From a virus, in UHGV virus genome UHGV-0121047: 18,551 nucleotides of DNA. One strand, written 5' to 3'. A program made the translations under genes and the position numbers. The notes under the pieces were generated by a model that searched no databases, was not told where the DNA came from, and saw nothing but the letters and a program-made list of their open reading frames with translations. Numbering within the stretch: the first letter of the stretch is position 1; each line of letters starts with the position of its first letter. Shown here in pieces: positions 13,802 through 18,551 of the stretch.

Positions 13802-14359
13802 ATGAGATATTTGAAGTATGCTTCATGGATTTTCCTAGCTTTACTAGAACCATTTGCAGCATCCCTAGCAGTCATCTTAGCACCTTTCGTAGTTCCATTC
13901 TACAGTGAGAAGAAAGGACATCTACCTTTTGGATTCAGATGGATGGAGACCTATGACAACCCGATTGATGGTGATGAAGGCCACGTTAAAAGATGGGCTA
14001 AGATTAGAAAGATTGGTAAGCTGGGTGTCTACATGCAGAGAGTTGGATGGCTCTGGAGAAACAAAGCTTATAACTTCTCTTACCATGTACTAGGAAGAGA
14101 TATAAAAGATGTTACTAAGTGGAAAGGTAATATCAACGTAAGTTCTGACCCTGAAGATAATCAGACTGGTTATCTCCTAATGTGGAACAGTAATGCTTGG
14201 GGATTATTCGCTTTTATCCCATCAATTAAAGTCTTTGGTAAACAGTTTTACTGGAGAATTTATATTGGATGGAAACTAAAAAGTGTTGTCCCAGAAGAAA
14301 GAGCACTCTCAAGGGAAAGAGTTATGTTGGCATTCTTTATTCATCCACTGAGAAAGTAA
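13802..14359 (+). CDS. hypothetical membrane protein embedded in the tRNA array (185 aa)
   Basis: ATG 13802 with AAGAGG 11 nt upstream; N-terminal hydrophobic helix (SWIFLALLEPFAASLAVILAPFVVPF); Trp-rich body; flanked on both sides by tRNA genes. Confidence 0.7.
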   Translation: MRYLKYASWIFLALLEPFAASLAVILAPFVVPFYSEKKGHLPFGFRWMETYDNPIDGDEGHVKRWAKIRKIGKLGVYMQRVGWLWRNKAYNFSYHVLGRDIKDVTKWKGNINVSSDPEDNQTGYLLMWNSNAWGLFAFIPSIKVFGKQFYWRIYIGWKLKSVVPEERALSRERVMLAFFIHPLRK

Positions 14360-14367
14360 AGATTTAA

Positions 14368-14440
14368 AGGGGATTAGTTTACAAGGTTAAAACCTCGGTC
14401 TTTGAAATCGAAGAAGTTGGTTCAATTCCAACATCCCCCG
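14368..14440 (+). tRNA. tRNA-Gln (anticodon TTG)
   Basis: Anticodon arm TCGGT-CTTTGAA-ATCGA, T arm GTTGG-TTCAATT-CCAAC, acceptor AGGGGAT/ATCCCCC with unpaired 1:72, CCA encoded. Confidence 0.75.
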
Positions 14441-14445
14441 CCAAT

Positions 14446-14520
14446 GCTCCATTACTCCAATTGGCAGAGAGGCCAGACTTAAAATCTGTGTTATGTATCG
14501 GTTCGAATCCGATATGGAGT
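14446..14520 (+). tRNA. tRNA with Leu anticodon TAA but class I architecture
   Basis: Acceptor GCTCCAT/ATGGAGT, D region CCAATTGGCAGAG shared with the CAA tRNA, anticodon loop CTTAAAA, T arm ATCGG-TTCGAAT-CCGAT, CCA encoded. Confidence 0.6.
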
Positions 14521-14529
14521 ACCAAATTT

Positions 14530-14602
14530 AGCGGTATAGCATAACTGGCAATGCAGCAGCCTCTGAAGCTGTCCTATTAAGGTTCAAATCCTTATGCCGC
14601 TG
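14530..14602 (+). tRNA. tRNA-Gln (anticodon CTG)
   Basis: D arm GCAT/ATGC, anticodon arm GCAGC-CTCTGAA-GCTGT, T arm TAAGG-TTCAAAT-CCTTA, acceptor AGCGGTA/TGCCGCT, CCA encoded. Confidence 0.8.
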
Positions 14603-14636
14603 CCACTTCTAAGGATTCTTACGAGAGTCCTTAAAT

Positions 14637-14709
14637 GTGGCCTTATCATAAATGGTAATGACCCATGCTGTGAACATGGTCTATACGGGTTCAAATCCCG
14701 TAGGTCACC
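14637..14709 (+). tRNA. tRNA-His (anticodon GTG)
   Basis: D arm TCAT/ATGA, anticodon arm CCATG-CTGTGAA-CATGG, T arm ACGGG-TTCAAAT-CCCGT, discriminator C (bacterial His-type), CCA encoded. Confidence 0.8.
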
Positions 14710-14717
14710 CCAATTTA

Positions 14718-14792
14718 TAGTCCAAGTAGCTTATATGGTTAAAGCGCGTGTCTGAAAAACATGAGAAGAGGGTTCAAATCCCACTGGACTAC
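14718..14792 (+). tRNA. tRNA-Phe (anticodon GAA)
   Basis: Perfect acceptor TAGTCCA/TGGACTA, D arm GCTT/AAGC, anticodon arm CGTGT-CTGAAAA-ACACG, T-loop GGTTCAAATCC; 4-nt acceptor-to-D linker, so exact ends are uncertain by 1-2 nt. Confidence 0.65.
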
Positions 14793-14810
14793 CAATTTCA
14801 AAGGTGCTTA

Positions 14811-15545
14811 ATGAAAGAGATGACAGAACAAGGTAAGGAGATTTTTAATCTCTTAAAAACCGGTAAAGGGTTTTCTAACCCACTTATTACTGGTGCAGCA
14901 GTTCTCGGTGGAACCGTAGCTGCCTCTACATCACTTGTAAGCTCTATTAGCTCTGTAACAGACCCTACAATGAAGGAGAAGCTTGTTGCTGCTGGACTTA
15001 CAACAGTCCTTCTAAACAGCTTTACAACAAGCCTGACAAGCACTACAGCAACTACTAAGACCCTAACAGACTATGGTCAAAAGTCTATTGATGAGTTTTC
15101 ATCACGTATGCAGGTAGCAAAGGGATACTCCAATGTTATGGGTGCAGCAGGAGAACAAGTTGGTTGTACACCATTCAGTGGTATTATGGGTGTTGCTACA
15201 GAATATGGTCAAAAAGCTATTGACATGATGAACAGTACACTAGATAGTGTTAATGGTGTGTTAAGTGACTTACAAGACGCTATTGATAAGGGTCTTGATA
15301 CTGTTTCTGATTTGGCTAACCAAGCTGTTAGCAAGATTAATGAAGGTATCTCAAAGATTACAGCTTATGCAGATGAAGTTGTGCAGATGATTGAAGAAGA
15401 AGCTGCCCTTATTGCAGAGTACCTTAAAACGAATATCAATGGGTTCTTAGCAGGTATCTTACCAGACTGGTTTGATGATGCTTGTAAAACTGGTGTAATC
15501 GACACTATTGCAACACCAGAAATGAAGAACGCATTGCAGAAATAA
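14811..15545 (+). CDS. hypothetical Ser/Thr-rich protein embedded in the tRNA array (244 aa)
   Basis: In-frame ATG at 14811 with AAAGG 6 nt upstream; the six-frame ORF start at 14748 would lie inside tRNA-Phe and is rejected; Ser/Thr/Ala-rich N-terminal half, helical C-terminal half. Confidence 0.7.
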   Translation: MKEMTEQGKEIFNLLKTGKGFSNPLITGAAVLGGTVAASTSLVSSISSVTDPTMKEKLVAAGLTTVLLNSFTTSLTSTTATTKTLTDYGQKSIDEFSSRMQVAKGYSNVMGAAGEQVGCTPFSGIMGVATEYGQKAIDMMNSTLDSVNGVLSDLQDAIDKGLDTVSDLANQAVSKINEGISKITAYADEVVQMIEEEAALIAEYLKTNINGFLAGILPDWFDDACKTGVIDTIATPEMKNALQK

Positions 15546-15546
15546 T

Positions 15547-15635
15547 GGAAGATTAACCCTAAAAGGTAAGGGAGCAGTTTGCTAAACTGCCAGTAGCTGA
15601 GAAATCGGTGTACCAGTTCAAGTCTGGTATCTTCC
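15547..15635 (+). tRNA. tRNA-Ser (anticodon GCT), class II
   Basis: Perfect acceptor GGAAGAT/ATCTTCC, anticodon arm GCAGT-TTGCTAA-ACTGC, 19-nt variable arm, T arm ACCAG-TTCAAGT-CTGGT, CCA encoded. Confidence 0.8.
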
Positions 15636-15642
15636 TCCAATT

Positions 15643-15715
15643 TGAATCCGTGACAGAAATGGATATGTGCCTGTCTGCAAAACAGGTTTATAAGGGTTCA
15701 AGTCCCTTCGGATTC
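15643..15715 (+). tRNA. tRNA-Cys (anticodon GCA)
   Basis: Perfect acceptor GAATCCG/CGGATTC, anticodon arm CCTGT-CTGCAAA-ACAGG, T-loop GGTTCAAGTCC, CCA encoded. Confidence 0.8.
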
Positions 15716-15756
15716 TCCAAGTTATTTTACTCTCTCTCAATTAAAATAATAATAAT

Positions 15757-15816
15757 GCCCTGCTATAAGTATTCTTCCTTTCGCTACCGAAGAGTATTTT
15801 TAGACAGGGCTTTTTT
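15757..15816 (+). terminator. Long imperfect hairpin followed by TTTTTT; candidate terminator of the tRNA transcript
   Basis: GCCCTG (15757-15762) pairs with CAGGGC (15805-15810), inner arms AGTATTCTTC/GAAGAGTATT, then T-run 15811-15816. Confidence 0.5.
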
Positions 15817-15881
15817 ACAGAGTTATACTTTATAGGAAGACTTATACAGTATGTCTCTGACGTACATTGTGGTTTCTCCTT

Positions 15882-15905
15882 GACGGTCTCTGTGCCGTCT
15901 TTTTT
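15882..15905 (+). terminator. Rho-independent terminator
   Basis: GACGG (15882-15886) / CCGTC (15895-15899) with 8-nt loop, followed by TTTTTT (15900-15905). Confidence 0.6.
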
Positions 15906-15941
15906 AAGGGGAAACATGGTTAATTATTTGGAGAAAACATA

Positions 15942-16142
15942 ATGAGCGAGACCGTTTATAAAGAACTTTATGAAGCTAATAAAAAGCTAGAATTTATGCA
16001 GAACACTATCATGGCAATTGCAGATAGATTATCTGTAGCAACAGGTATTGATATTAAAGAAGCATCTATGGATGCACTTCTTGATGCTGTTGATGCAAAG
16101 TTCGAAGTTAAGAAAGAAGAGACTGCTACAGACTCTGAATAA
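15942..16142 (+). CDS. small acidic hypothetical protein immediately upstream of the terminase large subunit (66 aa)
   Basis: ATG 15942 with GGAG about 8 nt upstream; position suggests a packaging-associated protein but 66 aa is short for a small terminase. Confidence 0.55.
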   Translation: MSETVYKELYEANKKLEFMQNTIMAIADRLSVATGIDIKEASMDALLDAVDAKFEVKKEETATDSE

Positions 16143-16163
16143 TTCTATTTGCGGAGGCGCTTA

Positions 16164-17765
16164 ATGGACTTAAATGCTGTTAAGCAGAAGCGAGTGGAAG
16201 ATGTTAGGAAAGTCCTAGCTGGAGAGTTGGGGCTTTCTGATGAAGTAAAAGAAATTATCAAATCATTCGGTAAAGACCCCTCTAAATTCCTTCCAACTCA
16301 AATTCTGACTTTATTAAGATACACACCAGACCAAGTTCGCCTTATCTTTAAATTGATGACTGATAAGAACTATGTAGCCCCTCAACCGGGTTCTCAAGAG
16401 GTCTTTTTAAACACTAATGCTGACTTGGTTCTTTATGGTGGTGCTGCTGGTGCTGGTAAAACTGCCGCATTGTTAATGGACTCTTTAAGATTTATTGAAG
16501 ACCCTAACTATAATGCTGTATATTTCCGTCGAAATACAACACAGTTACAAGGTGGTTTATGGCCTGCTGCAAAGAAACTATTTGGTAAGTTTGGTGGGAT
16601 TCCTCACGAGCAGAAAATGACTATCACATTCCCTTCTGGGGCGACTATCAAGTTTACCTATCTAGAACTTGAAAAGCACGCTGAAGGTCATCAGGGTATT
16701 GAATACTCAGCTATTTACTTTGACGAAGGTACACACTTCTCTGCTTCACAGATTTCATACCTACAAACTCGTCTACGTTCTGGTGCTGAAGGCGATTCAT
16801 ACATGAAGATTTCCATGAACCCAGACAGAGACCATTTTATTTATGATTGGGTAGAACCATTCTTAGATGAAGAAGGTTATCCAGACCCTGAAAAGTGTGG
16901 TCGTATTCGTTGGTATGTAATGAATGATGGTGTGATGGTTTCTGATTGGGAGAGAGACAAGATTCTTGAAATGTTCCCTCTTGAGATTCCTCAAACATAC
17001 ACCTTCATCTCTGGTACGATTGATGATAACCCAATTCTTGACTTCTTAGAACCTAAGTACCGTGGTAAGTTGGAAAACAACACCCCTGTAAACGTTGCAA
17101 GACTTCGTTTCGGTAACTGGAAGGCTCGTGCAGAAGGTTCAAACTATTGGCAAAGACAATGGTGTGAGATTGTTGATTCACTTCCAGAAGATGTATTCGA
17201 TGTTAGAGCATGGGACTTAGCAGCAACTTTACCATCTGAGATTAACCCTAATCCAGACTGGACAGCGGGTGTTAAGATGGGTAAATCTAAAAAAGACGGT
17301 TGCTATTATATCATTGATGTAGTAAGATTTAGAGATAGACCCTCTGGAGTCGAAACACAAATTAATTTGACTGCTGAAAGTGACGGTAAGCGAACTGGTA
17401 TTTTTATCCCTCAAGACCCAGGCGCTGCTGGTAAATCCTACGCAACATCCCTCATCAGGAAACTTGCCGAGAAAGGTTATCGTGCAAGAGCTAAACCAAC
17501 AAATAAAGATAAAGTTACCCGATTTGCGGGGTTTTCTGCTGCTTCTGAAGCTGGACTTGTAAAAGTTTTGAGAGGTAGTTGGAACGAAGCTTATTTCCAA
17601 GAGCTTGAAGGCTTTTGTGGTGATGGCAAAACTAAAGATGACCAAGTGGATGCTACCAGTGATGCTTTCAACAGTCTTAACGAAGTTAAATTATTCAAGC
17701 CACCATCAATGGGTGCTCACACAGACTTAGTGAGAGGAAACCCATATGAGGGGCTTAGACGTTGA
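16164..17765 (+). CDS. terminase large subunit
   Basis: Walker A-type motif LYGGAAGAGKT near the N-terminus and a hydrophobic-DE Walker B-like motif (IYFDEG); about 530 aa; followed directly by a portal-like gene. Start placed at ATG 16164 (GGAGG 7 nt upstream) rather than the in-frame TTG at 16149. Confidence 0.85.
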   Translation: MDLNAVKQKRVEDVRKVLAGELGLSDEVKEIIKSFGKDPSKFLPTQILTLLRYTPDQVRLIFKLMTDKNYVAPQPGSQEVFLNTNADLVLYGGAAGAGKTAALLMDSLRFIEDPNYNAVYFRRNTTQLQGGLWPAAKKLFGKFGGIPHEQKMTITFPSGATIKFTYLELEKHAEGHQGIEYSAIYFDEGTHFSASQISYLQTRLRSGAEGDSYMKISMNPDRDHFIYDWVEPFLDEEGYPDPEKCGRIRWYVMNDGVMVSDWERDKILEMFPLEIPQTYTFISGTIDDNPILDFLEPKYRGKLENNTPVNVARLRFGNWKARAEGSNYWQRQWCEIVDSLPEDVFDVRAWDLAATLPSEINPNPDWTAGVKMGKSKKDGCYYIIDVVRFRDRPSGVETQINLTAESDGKRTGIFIPQDPGAAGKSYATSLIRKLAEKGYRARAKPTNKDKVTRFAGFSAASEAGLVKVLRGSWNEAYFQELEGFCGDGKTKDDQVDATSDAFNSLNEVKLFKPPSMGAHTDLVRGNPYEGLRR

Positions 17766-17781
17766 TAGCTAGGTGAGAAGA

Positions 17782-18551
17782 ATGGCAGATAGAATGGGTG
17801 AAGTAGGTTCTTTGGGTCTGAAGGTTAAGAATGGGAGAATCTATGAAGAACCTCGTCAGGCACTAAGGTTCCCTGAAAGTATTAAAACTTTCCAATTAAT
17901 GATGCGTGACCCTGCTGTAGCAGCATCTGTAAATATTATTAAGATGTTTGTCAGAAAAGTCAACTGGAGATTCGTACCTCCAAAGGGAAAAGAGCAAGAC
18001 CCTAAAATGCTTGAAAGAGCAGACTTCTTTAATTCTTTAATGGATGACATGGAGCATGATTGGGCAGATTTTATTAACTCTGTAATGTCATTCTGCACTT
18101 ATGGATTCTGTGTTAACGAAAAAGTTTATAAGAAGCGTCAGGGTAAGAAAGGGAAGTACCAATCAAAATTCGATGATGGTTTAATCGGATGGGCTAAATT
18201 GCCAATCAGAAACCAGTCAACGCTTGATAAGTGGTACTTTGACGAAGACTTTAGAAAAGTTACTGGTGTTAGACAGAATCTGAGAAATGTTTCACATATT
18301 GCTGGAGCAATTAATCTCGGAGAAAGACCACTGACAAGAAAACTTCCACGAGCTAAATTCATGCTGTTTAAGTATGACGATGAATATGGAAACCCAGAAG
18401 GTCGTTCACCATTACTTAATGCTTATGTGCCGTGGAAGTATAAAGTACAGATTGAAGAGTATGAAGCTGTTGGTGTTTCAAGAGACTTGGTTGGTATGCC
18501 AAAGATTGGTTTACCACCGGACTATCTGGATGAAAATGCAGAACCTGAAAA
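17782..18551 (+). CDS. portal protein (putative), 5' partial, runs off the end of the window
   Basis: ATG 17782 with AGGTGA 5 nt upstream; open frame to the window end (about 256 codons, my own translation); assignment is by position directly after the terminase large subunit. Confidence 0.55.
   Translation, partial: MADRMGEVGSLGLKVKNGRIYEEPRQALRFPESIKTFQLMMRDPAVAASVNIIKMFVRKVNWRFVPPKGKEQDPKMLERADFFNSLMDDMEHDWADFINSVMSFCTYGFCVNEKVYKKRQGKKGKYQSKFDDGLIGWAKLPIRNQSTLDKWYFDEDFRKVTGVRQNLRNVSHIAGAINLGERPLTRKLPRAKFMLFKYDDEYGNPEGRSPLLNAYVPWKYKVQIEEYEAVGVSRDLVGMPKIGLPPDYLDENAEPE

Noticed and set aside
13400-14093. ORFs 13400-13609 (-), 13720-13908 (+) and 13905-14093 (+)
   Set aside because: The first two overlap tRNA genes (Gly, Thr, Leu-CAA). 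The second and third are out of frame with, and inside, the better-supported membrane-protein ORF 13802-14359.
15365-15835. ORFs 15365-15640 (-) and 15608-15835 (+)
   Set aside because: They overlap tRNA-Ser(GCT) and tRNA-Cys and the terminator hairpins; no coding signal.
14798-18362. Antisense or nested ORFs in the right-hand region (14798-15043, 17229-17645, 17380-17562, 17856-18098, 18138-18362)
   Set aside because: Contained within the Ser/Thr-rich protein gene, the terminase large subunit or the portal reading frame.

Overview
This window reads as a segment of a tailed dsDNA phage genome (terminase large subunit, start of a portal gene, T4-type lysozyme, very large tRNA array). Layout: (i) 1-1600 has no ORF of 60 aa or more and is packed with short repeats, including a helically phased array of (C)TTGTTA(A/G) boxes; (ii) 1622-8604 is a tightly packed minus-strand train of 16 small genes, mostly unrecognisable, including a GH24 lysozyme and an Ig-like-domain protein with an adjacent tandem paralog; (iii) 8833-10701 carries two plus-strand genes, one with an AT-hook-like GRPKG motif and one 471-aa protein with a C-terminal vWA-type DxSxS motif; (iv) 10867-15715 is a tRNA array of about 26 tRNA or tRNA-like genes driven by near-consensus sigma70-like promoters, interrupted by two protein ORFs and by repeated stem-flanked structured elements, one of which looks like a circularly permuted tRNA-like RNA; (v) tandem terminators, then a small ORF, the terminase large subunit and a partial portal gene. 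All tRNA folds, promoters and terminators were derived by hand from the sequence and no database search was run, so aberrant tRNA calls and protein-family names are hypotheses to be tested.
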